Positions 1 through 13,155 are shown, counted from the first letter of the stretch. The stretch: DNA of 64,000 bases from Vicugna vicugna (GCA_013265495.1 MU058037.1:1055498-1119497), one strand, 5' to 3'. Translations and numbers: made by a program. Notes: generated by a model from the letters alone, not told the origin.

Positions 1-47
1 CATAATTACCTCCAGGCTGCAACAAAGAAAGCCTCCTCTTCTTAACC

Positions 48-160
48 AAGGTGACCAACCACTCCTGCTCACCCGGGCCTGAGGGGGCTCCTGGGATACG
101 AAGCTTTCAGTGCTAAAATCAGAACAGTCCCAGGCAAACCAGGAAGAGTTAGTCTTCTTA
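48..160. mobile_element. hAT-Blackjack MITE (MER81/MER94-like)
   Basis: ggtgaccaac start; internal ctttcagtgctaaaa and gtcccaggcaaaccagg motifs. Confidence 0.6.
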
Positions 161-212
161 CCTTTATCCAACCAAGCTTGACCTCTTTTGCATTTGCTGC
201 ATTTTCATAGCT

Positions 213-397
213 CAGCAGTTCTCAAACTTCAGCATCAAGCAGAGGTTTGATGGTTAAAATCTTTCTAAAACATAAATTGTTGGGCTAACCCCCAGAGTTT
301 CTGATTCCATAGATGAGGGGTGGGACCAGGTAATGCCCATTTATCACAAGTGATGCTGATGCTGCTGACCCAGGAGCCACACTTCGAGAACTACTGC
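213..397. mobile_element. MER5A-like hAT-Charlie MITE
   Basis: cagcagttctcaaact...gagaactactg termini; cccagagtttctgattc core. Confidence 0.75.
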
Positions 398-1124
398 TAA
401 AGTTCAACATCTGACAGAGGAAACACGAACTTCCTCTAACTATGAAGCTCAGCATCTCATATTCTACTCATGTGCCAACAGGTCCTTTCATACATACAAC
501 TGCTCTGCTAGGTATTTAAAACTGATACTAGAGGTAGTGATGTTCAGTCCAGGCCTGGGAGAACAGCAGATGCTCAACCAATGCTTGAGTTGGGTCACTG
601 ATTCAAATCTGGCTGTGAGATAATGGTTTCAAGAATGAAAATGTGACTCACGTGTTGCCCTTATCAACTAGACAAAAAAAAACAAAAACAAAAACAAAAC
701 ACCCGAAGTCTCATATTCACCTCCTCCAAGAGTATCTTTATATTGCATAACTCAATAAAAGAAAATCATCTCATCTACTGTTAGCAGAAATATAAACTGG
801 ATGATCACCTCAATAGATGCAGAAAAAACATTTGAGAAAATTCAAGGTTCATCATGATAAAAACTGTTACCAAAGTGGGCATAGAGGGAACACAGCTCAA
901 CATTGAAAAAGCTACTTATAGCAAAGCCAAAGCCATCATAATACTCAATGGTGAAAAGTTTAAAGCCTTCCCATTAAAATCTGAAACAAGACAAGGATAC
1001 TTACTCTCACCACTTCTATTCAACAAAGTACTAGAAGTCCTAGCCATAGCAGTCAGACATGAAAAAGGAAAGGGATCAAAACTGGAAGAGAAGTGGTAAA
1101 ATTGTCATTATATGCACTATGTTA

Positions 1125-1287
1125 CTATATATAGTATAGGATATATAGCCTATATATAGTATCATTTATTATATATACATATACTATATATATACATGAT
1201 ATATATGTGTATGTGTGTGTGTGTGTATATATATCTATATATATACATATATATATATATCTTCATCTATATCTATCTATATATATC
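1125..1287. repeat. (TA)n/(TG)n/(TCTA) compound low-complexity tract
   Basis: Direct reading. Confidence 0.9.
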
Positions 1288-2907
1288 TCCTCCATAGTGG
1301 CTGCACCAATTTACATTCCCACCAGCAGTGTAGGAAGGGTCCTTTTTCTATATATATTCTACATATAGTATCATGTATGATACTATATATAGAAAACCCT
1401 AAAGACTCCACACAGAAACTACTAGGGTTGATAAACGAATTCTGCAGGGTAGCAGGATACAAGATTAACATACAGAAATCTTTTGCATTTCTTTATACTA
1501 ACAAGGAAATATCAGAAAAGTAAAGTAAAAAAAAATCCCTTTTAAAATTACAGCAAAAAAATAAAATACTCAGGAATAAATCTGACCAAGGAGATGAAAG
1601 ACATATACAGTGAACTACAAAACACTGATTAGGAAATTAAAGATGATTTAAAGAAATGGAAAGATATTCCATGTTCTTGGATTGGAAAAATTAATATTGT
1701 TAAAATGGCCATGAGACCCAAACCAATGTACAGATTTAATGTGATCCCTATCAAATTACCCAGGACATTTTTCACAGAACTATAACAAATAATCCTAAAA
1801 TTTAGATGGAATCACAAAAGCAATACTGAAGAAAAAGAACAAAGTTGGAGGAATAACCCTCCCAGACTTCAGACAATACTGCAGAGCTACAGTAATCAAA
1901 ACAGCATGGTATTGGCATAAAAACAGACGCATGGATCAATGGAACAGAGAGTCCAGAAATAAACCCACAGACTTACGGTCAATAACCTTCAACAAAGGAG
2001 GCAAGAATATACAACGGAGAAAAAATAGTCTCTTCAATAGGCGGTGTTGGGAAAGCTGGACAGCCACGTGTAAATCAATGAAGTTAGAACCCTCCCTCAC
2101 ACCATACACAAAAATAAACTCAAAACGGCTTAAAGACTTAAACATAAGACAAGACACCATAAACCTATAATAGAACATAGGCAAAACACTCTCTGATATA
2201 AATTGCAGCAATGTTCCCCGAGGGCAGTCTATCAAGGCAATAGAAATAAAAGAAAAAACAAACAAATGGAAACTAATTAAACTTACAAGCTTTTGCACAG
2301 CAAAGGAAACTATAAACAAAATGAAAAGACAACCTACGGACTGGGAGAAAGTCTTTGCCAAATGATGAGACTGACAAGGGCTTAATTTCTAGAATACACA
2401 AACAGCTCATGCAACCTAATATGAAAAAACAAACAACCTAATCCAAAAATGGGCAGAAGACCTAAACAAACATTTATCCAATGAAGACATAGATAAAATA
2501 CTTAATATCACTAATTATCAGAGAAATGAAAATCAAAACTACAATGAGGCATCATCTCACACCAGTCAGAATGGTCATCATTAAAATGTCCACAAATGAT
2601 AAATGCTGGAGAGGGTGTAGAGAAAAAGGAACCCTCCTAAACTGTTGGTAGGAATGTAAATTGGTGCAGCCACTATGGAGGACAATACGGAGACTCCTCA
2701 AAAAACTAAAACAGACTTATCACATGACCCCAGCAATCCCAATCCTCGGCAGATAGTTGGGGGAAAATACAATTTGAAAAGACATGCATCCCAGTGTTCA
2801 CAGCAGGGCTATTTACAATAGCCAAGACACGGAAACAACCCAAATGGTCATTGACAGATGAGTGGATAAAGAAGATGTTACCAAAAAAAAAAAAAAAGAT
2901 GTTACCT

Positions 2908-2951
2908 ACACACACACACACACACACATACACACACACACACACACACAC
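2908..2951. repeat. (CA)n microsatellite
   Basis: About 22 CA units with one TA interruption. Confidence 0.95.
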
Positions 2952-3218
2952 TGAGATATTATTCAGCCATAAAAAATAATAAAATAGTGCCATTTGCAGC
3001 AACGTGGATTTACCTGGAGATTGTCATTCTAAGTGAAGCCAGAAAGAGAAAGGAAAATATCATATATTGCTTATATGTGGAATCTTAAAAAAAAAAAAAA
3101 GGACACAAATGAACTTATCTACAAAACAGAAATAGATTCACAGACATAGAAAACAAACTTATGGTTACCAGAGGTAAAAGGGGTGGGAAGGGATAAATCG
3201 GGAATTTGAAATTTGCAC

Positions 3219-3385
3219 CTCTTGGGGAGTGATGGAAATGTTAGCTATCTTGATTGTGGTGGTGATTTCATTGGCATATACATCTATCAAAATTCATCAA
3301 ATTGTACATCTCAAATATGTGTATTTCACTGTACAGGAATCATACCACAATAAAGGTGTTAAAAATGAATAAAATTTTAAAAAGA
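3219..3385 (+). mobile_element. Ancient L1M (L1MC/MD-like) 3' end
   Basis: gtgatggaaatgtt..tatcttgattgtggtggtg...aattgtaca...caataaag. Confidence 0.75.
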
Positions 3386-3387
3386 AA

Positions 3388-4172
3388 AAAATGTCCTCAA
3401 ATGACAAATGTTGGACAGGGTGTGGAGAAAAGGGAACCCTCCTATACTGCTGGTGGGAATGTAGTTTGGTGCAGCCATTATGGAAAACAGTGTGGAGATT
3501 CCTTAAAAAACTATAAACAGACTTACCATATGATCCAGCAATCCCACTCCTGGCCATATATCTGGAGAAAACTCTAATTTGAAAAGATACGTGCACCCCA
3601 ATGTTCAAAGTAACACTATTTACAAAAGCCAAGATGTGAAAGCAACCTAAATGTCCATCGACAGATGACTGGATAAAGAAGATGTGGTATATATACACAC
3701 AGTGGAATACTAATCAGTCATAAAAAAAGAATGAAATAATGCCATTTGCAGCAAAATGGATGGACCTGGAGATCATCATACTAAGTGAAGTAAGCCAGAA
3801 AGAGAAAGAAAAATATCATATAGTATCACTTATATGTGGAATCTTAAAAAAAGACACAAATGAACTTATTTACAAAACAGAGACAAACATAGAAAAGAAA
3901 CTTATAGTTATTGGGGTGGGGGGGAGAGGGGCAGAGGTTATAAACTGGGTGTTCAGGATTTGCAGATAATAACTACTATATTTAAAATACATAAACAACA
4001 AAGTTCTTCTGATTAGCACAGGGAGCTATATTCAATATCTCGTAATGGCCTATAATGAAAAGGAATATGTATGTATAAATGAATCACTTTGCTATACACC
4101 AGAAATTAACACAACATTGTAAACCGACTATACTTCAATTTTAAAAATCATATTTATTAAAAAAAAAAAAAA
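3388..4172 (+). mobile_element. 5'-truncated LINE-1 3' end with poly(A)
   Basis: ORF2 C-terminus (MPFAAKWMDLEIIILSEVSQKEKEKYH), 3'UTR and A tail. Confidence 0.93.
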
Positions 4173-4254
4173 GACTAAGATCAAGGAAGCAAAACTGAAG
4201 TTTTTTGCCTCCCCAAAAAAACTATACTAGTTCCCTACAGCCTGTTCCTCCACA

Positions 4255-4625
4255 TGGCTAACAAGGCCCTCATCTACTACTTCCCCATCTCATCTCCCAT
4301 CACGCCTTCTTCCCCTGCTCCACATGTGGTCTGTGCCCCAGCAACTGTGACCATCTCACTATCTGATCCTGCTCTATGCTCTGCTGTGTCTGTTGCCTTT
4401 GCACCAGGCAGTACTTCTGCATGTCTCAACCTATGTTCTTTGCGTACAGAATTTTTCCCTTTCCAAGCCCACTCAAATGCCACTTTCACTGTGAAGCCAA
4501 TGTTGACTCCCCCAGGTAATGACCCCTGCCCTGTGTCTTCCAGGATGCACTGCACACCCTTCTGTTGCACACTCACCATGATGTCTTAGAAATGACTGGT
4601 AACAAGTCTGTCTCTCCCCATTCCT
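4255..4625 (-). mobile_element. L2 fragment
   Basis: gcctttgcac...ctcaaatgccactttc motifs. Confidence 0.55.
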
Positions 4626-4649
4626 CAAAAGCAAGATTCTTTACAGCAA

Positions 4650-4870
4650 AGATTTACTGACTACCTACTGCAAACCATTCTCTCTTCCAGGCACTTTATA
4701 TACATTATCACCTTTAATATTCATGACAACCCTATAGGATAGCCATTACTATTATCTCTATTTTGTAGATAACTGAACTGAGGCTTAAATATGTTAAGTA
4801 ACCCGCCCACGGTTGCAAGTCACTAGTCAGGATTCAAAATCAAAGCCCATACCCTAAACAACTACACCAT
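4650..4870 (-). mobile_element. MIR SINE
   Basis: acaaccctat..attattatc..attttgtagat..aactgaggct..ttaagtaac core. Confidence 0.8.
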
Positions 4871-4921
4871 ACCATATTATAAACCCTAGCACTGAACTCA
4901 GTACCTGGTAAGCTGCAATGT

Positions 4922-5432
4922 CTGCGTAACTCATCTCCTGCTGTATGACAAAGTAGCCTAAAACATAGTGACTCAAAACAATAAACAATTACTATATCTG
5001 AGTTTCTCTGGGTCAGGAATTTGGAAACAGCTTATTCGGGTGGTCTGTCTCAGGGTCTGTTGTGAGGCTGCTATCAAGCTATCAGCCTGCGCTGCAATCA
5101 TCTGAAGGCTTGGCCAGACTGGAGGATCTCCTTCCAAGGTGCCATGCTCGTATGGCGCTAGTCACAGGCAGGAGGCTCAGTTCCTCACATGTGGACCCCT
5201 CCACCAGCTTCCTGAGTGCCCTCCTGACACTGTTGCTGGCTTCCGCCAGACTGCACAACCCAAGAGAGCAAGGTTCTTCAGAAGCCACTATGTCTTTTAT
5301 GACCTAGCCTTAGAAGTCATATTCCATCATGTTCACTGAATCCTACTAGTTACAGAAGTCAGCCTGATCCAGTGTTGGAGGGGGCTACACAGGGTGTAAA
5401 CACCAGGAGGTGAGAATCACTGGGAACTCTAT
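4922..5432 (-). mobile_element. MLT1 (MaLR) solo LTR
   Basis: tagtgactcaaaacaa, ggtcaggaatttgg, atctgaaggcttg, tatgacctagcctt.gaagtca motifs. Confidence 0.75.
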
Positions 5433-6196
5433 AAATATTAACTGAATAAGTAGAAAAAATAAGAATTGCTCTGAGTGTCACGGTCTCTTCTAGATAATGA
5501 GAAGTTTGGAATTGGTGGCCACTGAAGTTTCCTTCCTTCCAGCTCCAAAACTACAGGAGACTTTTCAAACTGTCCCCAAAAGACAGTGTGAAGTGGATTC
5601 AGGGATTTAATTTCATTAAATTCCAGTAGAGGCCTCAGGCAAGTGAGTATTTGCCAACTCGGCTCCCACTTTATGGTTTTAGGCAGAGTCAGCAAACTAT
5701 GAGAAATTCTCCTAGCCTGAAACACAGTTATTTCCTTAACAGCAAAACAAGTCTATGTTTGATTTCAGGATTAATTCTCTAGTTTCATGCCAGCGTAAGC
5801 CCAGCCTCCGGACAAAGGCTTAACTTCTGTGGCAGAGTGTCTGTGATTAAACTGAGGCAACTAAATCCCTTGCATATAAGAGCAAAGACAATAAAATCAT
5901 TGGTTTTAGCCCTTAGGCCTTGCTTGTTTTCAAGCCAAGGGTTTATTTGTTTAAAATAACTCCTTAATATAATTTGAGACGTATGAAGATCAAAAAACTA
6001 ATATGGAAATGAGGCATGAGGCAGCTACACCGCAACACTAAATACATGAAATCAATTTTATTCTAAAGACTAGTCTGTGTTAGTAGAAATGAAAACCAAA
6101 AACGAGCCATGGCCGTCTTGTCCCCATACCACCACCTGAGTAGATCCAAAGCAGTCTGGGAGCTGGGTCAGAACACATCCTCTCGGTGCTCTACAC

Positions 6197-6378
6197 CAGG
6201 GACTGGCAGACTACAGCCACGGAAACAGTTTTACTGGAGCACAGCCACGCTCATTTGTTTATGAACTGTCTATGGCCACAATGACAAAGTTGAGAATTTG
6301 CAACAGAGACCATACAGCTTGCAAAGCCAAAAACATTTACTATCTGGCTCTCTACAGAAAAGGTTTGCCAGTTCCTGG
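6197..6378. mobile_element. MER58A-like MITE (internally deleted)
   Basis: cacagccacgctcatttgttt...atttactatctggc...tttgcca. Confidence 0.75.
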
Positions 6379-6479
6379 TCCACACCTCTGGCGGCTTCAC
6401 CTGCGGCAACCTGCTGTAAGCCCAACCGTCTATGCATGCTACATGCTATCCTAAAAATGTTACGGGGGGAAAGGGGTGT

Positions 6480-7010
6480 TACTGTTTATGATGAGGTATT
6501 ATATACATACAGTAAGGCACAATTTTTAATGCTAGAACACAGTTAGTTTTTACACATGCATCACCAGCACGACCACCTCCCAGATCCAGACCATGTTTCC
6601 TGTGCCTCTTCCCAGTCAATATCCCCCAGCAAAGGTAGCCATGAGTTTAACCTCTATCACTGAGGTGACAGGTTAGCCTGCCTATTCTTGAACCGTCTAT
6701 AAAAGGAACACGCGGTGCTCCACTGAGCACGGAGTCAGTGGCATTCTTACATACCGCGGCGTGGACCCGCATGCCCCTTTTCACTGCTGGGCAATATTTA
6801 GATGTATGAATACACCACGATTCATCTACTGATTCTTCTGTTGATGGAAATGAGGTTCCCTGCAGATTTTTATGATTGTGAACAGAGCTGCTATGAATAT
6901 TCATGCCTGTGTCTTTTCTTGGGCATGAGAATCCATGAATCTTATCAAGAGTGGAATTTCTGGGTAACGGGAGACATCAACAAACTGCCAAATACTTTTC
7001 CAAATTAGTT
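6480..7010 (-). mobile_element. Ancient L1ME-like 3' fragment
   Basis: gctgctatgaatattcatg, gagtggaatt..tgggt motifs. Confidence 0.7.
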
Positions 7011-8434
7011 GTTTCTTATGTACAAAAATATTGTTTTAATGTACAAAATCTCTTGAGAGCAAAAGTTCAAAACACATCCCCTCCCCAATCTTCAGATTCT
7101 GCCATGCATTCTATGATGGGACTACCAGTGGGCCAGTTTGAGATACACAAAACCCTGATCTTGGCAATGTGCCTGCAGTTTTCAAATTGATCTTGTTAAA
7201 TATGACCAAAAACCCTATGGACTAAGTAACCTCAACATGTAGCAGATGAGGACAAGAGGGGTCAGGAAGGGGAAACGCCTTGATCAAGGTCATACAACTA
7301 CATCACTGGCACTTAAGGTTTTCCATCAAGGTTCTCATCATTTCCCTACTAAAAGCAGGAAGACCAGCTGTGCATTTATCACAGAGTTAGGGAAGCACAC
7401 AAGCTTAGGCACCAGTTACCTCAGCTCCTTGTTTTCCTGTTTAACCACCTTATCAGTTCAAATATAACTAAATTCTGCAATTGCTTCTGAGTATAACTCC
7501 CCATACAGCAGACTTACATCATTATTCTTTCACACTGTGTGTCTGAGGACAATGCTACCCAGCTTGACAAGGGTAGAAAAATAAAAAGCTATAACCACCC
7601 TACAAAAATCTACCATTGAAAGATGGCCACAAATCATAGGCATGGATCTGCAAAAACAAAACCAAAAAAACAAAAAAACCTATAGGTTTTTCTATTTTCT
7701 TTTCAAACCTCTACTGCATGCTAGCTTAAATGACATAAATCAGAAAATGATAATGGGAACTGAATGAAATTCTCATAAATCACGTTACTAAGTATAGTTA
7801 CATCTTAGATGTGAAACCCAATTAAACAGATGGCCACATGCTGTCAGAATCCACCCCTAATCAATAAAGATGTTCATTTTAGAAAATCACCTCAATTTTT
7901 CACTTCTTCAGTGAAGCAGAAAAGAAGGCAGTTGGGGGCTGGGGGAAGCCCCAGGAAAGTCAGTCGGGAAATGTATAAGAAGGAACTCCACCTGTCTTAA
8001 TTTGTAGTCCAGAAAATCAGAAAGAGGAGAGAGAAAAAGAAGTCACCCACAGGATTCCTTGTCATCTTGCCTGGGAATGTAATTTACAATGAGAGCAAGC
8101 ACTGGTCATTATGAAAACAGAAACAGCTTGAATCTCTTAATTAAAATACTGCTTCAAATTGTTCATTCCAAACCCTCTCTGCTCATGAGCTTTTTGGGAA
8201 ACCAGTGGATTACCCTGAAATGGCTGCTTCTTCAGTAAACCTCTGAGAGGATCAGCTCTTCCCAGATAAGAAAAAGGCTGACCCAGGGTAAATCCTGGAG
8301 GCAGAAATATTATTGGGCACACTTAAACCCCAAAAAGACCAGTAAGTGTTCACTGACACGGGAAAGTGAGTGTGGAAACACTGGTCAAGAGTCTATCTCA
8401 ATGCCTTTTCTTGCACAAAAAGTGATCTATTATA

Positions 8435-9402
8435 TTCACTAGATTGGTGAAAATTGTCTACCAATGCCTGAAAATGATGAAAGTGACAATTGATGAAAAT
8501 ATTTCCGTACCTTGGAACACTCATCCTGGAAAACATTTGGTGTTACCTGGTAAAGGTGAGTAGTTGCATACCCTACAAGCCAGTAATTCACTCCTAGTGT
8601 ATACTCCAAACACTTGTTTCAAGAGACATGTACGAGAATATTCAGAGCAACATTGTTCATAACAGCAAAAATCTCAGGGGGAACACACAGGTCTGTAGAA
8701 CAGGTAAGTAATCTGGGGTGCAGTCACACAACGGAATACTACACAGCAGTGAAAATGAAAAACCTACTGCCCCATGCTACATGGATGAATCTTAAAAACA
8801 TGTTGGTTGAAAAAACACAGCTGTTTAAGATTACATGCAATATAATACCATTTTTATGCTAAAAATAAGTAAATAATAAACAATATACTGTTTAGGAATA
8901 AGTGGTTTAAAATTAATTTTTTTAAAAAACAAGAAAATGATAAACACAAAAATCAGAAGAGTGGTTACTGCTATGGTGAGAAAGAAGAAAGGGATGGGGA
9001 GGAGCACAGGCAGATGGAATGACATCAGGAATGTTCCAGTTCTTGGATGGGTGGTGGGTTGATAAACATATAAAATATACTTTATAACTTTATGGGTTCT
9101 AGCATGTTATATATATTCTTTTGCATGTACATAGTAAAATTTTAAAACAGAAAATCTAAAGAACTTTCTATCATCCAATAAGTTACTCCAGGTGATATTA
9201 TTCTAATTCATATTATACAAATAACTTACAGTATTATAAACAGCAGTTCTAATTAATATCTAGAATATCAGAAATTCCCATGTAGCACAGCTTAGTTCTC
9301 AACTTGGAGCTATAGCAAAACATCATGCTGTGCATTTTAAATATATAAAATGTTTATTTATAAATAAAGATTAAATAATAAATATTATACCTCAATAAAG
9401 CT
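8435..9402 (+). mobile_element. Ancient L1M(E) fragments
   Basis: acatgtacgagaatattcagagcaacattgttcataacagcaaaa; ggaatactacacagcagtgaaaatga; tacctcaataaagctg end. Confidence 0.7.
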
Positions 9403-9544
9403 GGGGGGGGGGAGAAAGCAATGGTATTTTCATGATAATAATATACCACCATCTGCTTGCTTTCCTTCAATTCACTACTCTCCCAGACTAGTCTTGCAGA
9501 GACTGCCAGTCCTAAAAATGGCCACACGAGGGCAACTCTAAGGA

Positions 9545-10110
9545 GATGTGTCTGCTGGGAGTGGGCTGTCCGCTATGGCCAGGGAGTCCTGTCAGGATGA
9601 GGGCCAGCACAGAGGACCCATGGCAGGTGGGCAGACAGGAAGCCTCACTGAGAAGGTGACATTCAAGCAAAGATTGGAAGGAAGTGGGAACACAAACCCT
9701 GCAAATCACTTGGGGAAGTTTTCCAAGGCAAAGAGAATCCCTAGTACAAATGCCCAGAGGGAAGAGTGTGTCATGCTCTGGGACAGAGAGGAGACAAAGG
9801 CAGCACGGTAAGAGGCCTCTGGGACATTTCAAGTAATTTGGCTTTTATTTTGGGGGGGGGAATGCTGATAACTGGTTGATTCTGAGCAAAGAAAGGACAT
9901 GAGATGACTGTAAAACATCTCAAAATGGTTGCAGTACTATATTTAGAATAGGCTGCAGTACCTCCTCCAAATAGAAATAAATTAATAAACCTAATTACTT
10001 CCCCCTCATAAAGAATAGACTGAAGGGAGAATAAGTTCGAAAGCAAGGAGGCAAGTGAGAAGGCTGTGATCAGCATCCAGTGAGGAGACGGCAGGGGCAT
10101 GGTCAAAGGT
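9545..10110 (+). mobile_element. L2 fragment
   Basis: ggaagcctcactgagaaggtgacattcaagcaaaga...aggctgtgatcagcatccag. Confidence 0.7.
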
Positions 10111-10149
10111 ACCAAGTCTTTATAAATTCCATGCCCCACATTCAACAAA

Positions 10150-11012
10150 GAGCACAGAGATATGCTTAAAACCACGAGGTTAGATGTGCTCCCCACGCAC
10201 AGGAGGGAAGGTGGAGACCAGCAGGGGTGCAGGGGGATGTAAAGCCTGCAAGGGCCTGCACAGGGGCAGCCTGGCCTCCACCACATGTCGCTGCGACCTG
10301 AACTTGTGTGTGTCATCCTCCTGACCGTCTTCATACTTTTCACTACATATGAATGGACCACCAGACAATACAAACTGTTCTGCTGGCTTTTCAACTTTAT
10401 ATGGTATCACACTCTATGTATTTTCCCAAGTTTTTTTTTCCCCACACACAACCTATTATTTGTGAACTTCACCCAAGTTAATACATGTCACTCTGGCCAC
10501 TCACTGTCCACTGCAGTATGGCATGCCCTTGTGTGAAAATGACACATGCGACTCATTTTGCTGCAGAGAGGCATGCTGGTTACGTTCCCTTTTCTGCTAT
10601 TATAAGCAACACTGCAATGAGCATCCTCACATGGGCCTCCTCCTGCAACACTTCTCTAAGGCAGCAGGCCTCAAACTATGTTAGAGTCACCTAGAGGGCT
10701 TAATAAAACAGATTTCTGAGCCCCCCATTCAGGGTTTGTGAACAACTGCTCTAAGGTGGAGCCCAAGAATCTGCACTTCTAACAAGTCCCCTTGGGATGC
10801 TGTCACAGGACCACACTTTGAGAAGCGGCATTTGGGCACATACCAAGAGGGCAAATGATATTCAGAGATACGCATGCCCATCTTGGGCATTTCTAGGTGT
10901 TGCCAAATTGCTCTGCAAAGTGAGTGAATCAATTTACATTTCCACCAGGCACTATGTGTACGTGTTGCCAGCACTCAGCACTGTCAGAGTTTTAATTTGT
11001 GCAAATCTGATC
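10150..11012 (-). mobile_element. L1ME-like fragment interrupted by MER5A (~10661-10830)
   Basis: L1 motifs gccaaattgctct, aatttacattccacca; MER5A motif gagcccaagaatctgcacttctaacaag. Confidence 0.65.
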
Positions 11013-11519
11013 TTTAATAATTTTTCTACTTTATCAGGGTACTTGTAATTATATACCCAGTACATGTACATAAAGGAATTAAAGGCTTTAGATCCAAGGA
11101 TTAATTAGAGTATTTCAAAGCTTCTCTTACAGATAGTTCCCTCAGCTTCTAAAATCTGCCCAGTTACCTGCTTGTTTTCCCTGTCAATCTTAAAAATAAA
11201 TAAAACAGTATAGACAAAAATCAGTAAGATCATTAAGAAAGGAAAGTGGAAGCTTGTTCCTTTTCATGGCCAACATCACTGTAGTGTTTATTGTAGCTAT
11301 TTTCTTTAACTTAATGGTGATATAAAGCGTTTTTAAAAACTTACAATGTAAAGAGAATGAGGAAAACTGGGTATATGGCTAGGGAAGCAAACTTCCTTTG
11401 CCAACACACCTGGTCATTTTGGGGGGAAAATATAGTATGCCCTGCTCTTAAATCACAGTCTGGAAAAGGTCCTTCCATTCTGCACCACATTAACAAGGAG
11501 ACAAGGAGACGGTACTCAC

Positions 11520-11578
11520 GGATCTGGTTGGTGGATGCACTGTAGAAGGCATTGACGGTTGTTGGATTTGTGAACCAC
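11520..11578 (-). CDS. PHEX: PHEX exon 15 (59 bp, phase 2-1): (E)WFTNPTTVNAFYSASTNQI(R)
   Basis: Acceptor ctctttctacag|G and donor C|gtgagt; contains the M13 VNAFY substrate-binding motif. Confidence 0.98.
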
Positions 11579-12264
11579 CTGTAGAAAGAGGAACAAGTAT
11601 CACCAAGTGATCATCATTACCCAGGCAGGAGAGCAGCAAGAACAAACATGCCAGGACTTATCAGCAAACCACCAGTGAACAATGGGGAAGTGGGGCGCAC
11701 AGGGAAATTACCACTTCAGTTTGGGGCTATTGGTCTGCCAGTGAACAATCTCATCCGAAATTGAACATGGTTTAATGAGACTATATTAACATGCCTGGTT
11801 ATTCACTGTTATTAACCCAACGGGAAAAGCACCAGTGCTTCTGAAACGCCTTAATGAAAAATTCTAGGATCTAACGGACTCTCCTCCCCACAGATGGGAA
11901 CGCAGCAAGACGCTGATGTTTGGCAGGCTCTGTTCAATGGGTCCATGGGACAGCTGAGTTCTCCATGCTGCATCACCTCTGACCTGTCCATTAAAGGTTT
12001 GAGATTGGTGACAATCTCACGTAAAGAGAAATGAAGAAAGGTCTGCCTGCTCCCATAGAAAGCTGACTGGTTTAAGCACCAAAAGACCTAACAGCTCGCC
12101 CTGCCTTTATCCCTAAATTGCTGAGTTGTGGTGGAAAAGTCGCCTACCTTCCCGGGGTTCATTTTTAGCTCTAAAACTAGTACACTGCATTAAGAGACCT
12201 TGGGAGTACCTTCTAAGTATGAAGAGTCTACACTCCATTTCAAACACACAGTAGGTTACTTAGA

Positions 12265-12636
12265 TCAGGCTCAGCAAATTTTTTTCTGTAAACAGTCAGA
12301 TCGTAAACATTTAGTCAGGCATTTCGTGGGCCAAGAGGTAAAATCAAGGATGTTATATAGGTACTTTTACAGTGAAAGAAACTTTTCCACAGAATTTTAT
12401 TGATGAAATTCAAAATATGATAATAACCGAGTACAATTTTTGGTGGCACAGGCCTATCCATGAGAAGAATGAAATTCTTTGGGGGCAGGAGAACATTTCA
12501 CTTTGGTGTTCAAAGTTAGTGTGTCCTGCCATCAACTGCAAACATTTCTCTCTAAAAATCATTCTGAGCTCATGGGCTGTACAAAACCAGGCAGAAGGCA
12601 AGACTCAGCCCTCAAGCCATAGTTTGCTGACCCATT
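12265..12636. mobile_element. MER58D-like hAT-Charlie element
   Basis: cagg.tcagcaaatttt..ctgtaaa start; gccatagtttgctgaccc end. Confidence 0.7.
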
Positions 12637-13155
12637 GACTTAGATGCCTGTGAGTGAGGGGCACCGCCCTTTATGGTTAAACCCAAGCATTTGTCTTAAA
12701 CTAAACTTCCCAAAAGAAACGTGTATAAATTCCCTTTCAGAATAATCATTTTACTAAATTATGTCTAATAGAATAATTATGCCAGACTAACAGGAAACTG
12801 GTAGAAAAAGCACGTGTTGGTTCTAGTTGGGCCACCTGTTCTCCTCATCACTGCAGATAAGGACAATGAGACTTACAAGCATTATATACTTGCACAAGGT
12901 CTAGTCTGACTTCAAACCAGTTCTAGTAAGCATTATATTATACTGGAGACATCACTGGAAATGAAGAAAGAGTGCTTCTTTCTGTCAGAGACGAAACCTA
13001 TACTCATTTCCATAAAATGTATATTCTTTTCCTTCAAATTTAGGATTAGCATGTCAATAAACCCTAATGTTTAACACAAATTTACTGGCTGGCTTACTTC
13101 CCTGAGGGAAAAAGTACAGGGGAAAGCACCTTTACTGACCTAATGGCACTACCCA

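Larger units (their letters stand above)
801..3217 (+). mobile_element. 5'-truncated, inactive LINE-1 (ORF2 RT to C-terminus plus partial 3'UTR)
   Basis: ORF2 fragments ([57 protein letters not shown]) broken by stops and frameshifts. Confidence 0.95.

Noticed and set aside
644..654. Overlapping AP-1/E-box TGACTCACGTG
   Set aside because: Single short motif with no supporting context
801..3217. Active L1 ORF2
   Set aside because: 5'-truncated, multiple stops and frameshifts, catalytic motif disrupted
9771..10394. 207-aa ORF
   Set aside because: Spans L2 and L1ME relics; no recognisable protein
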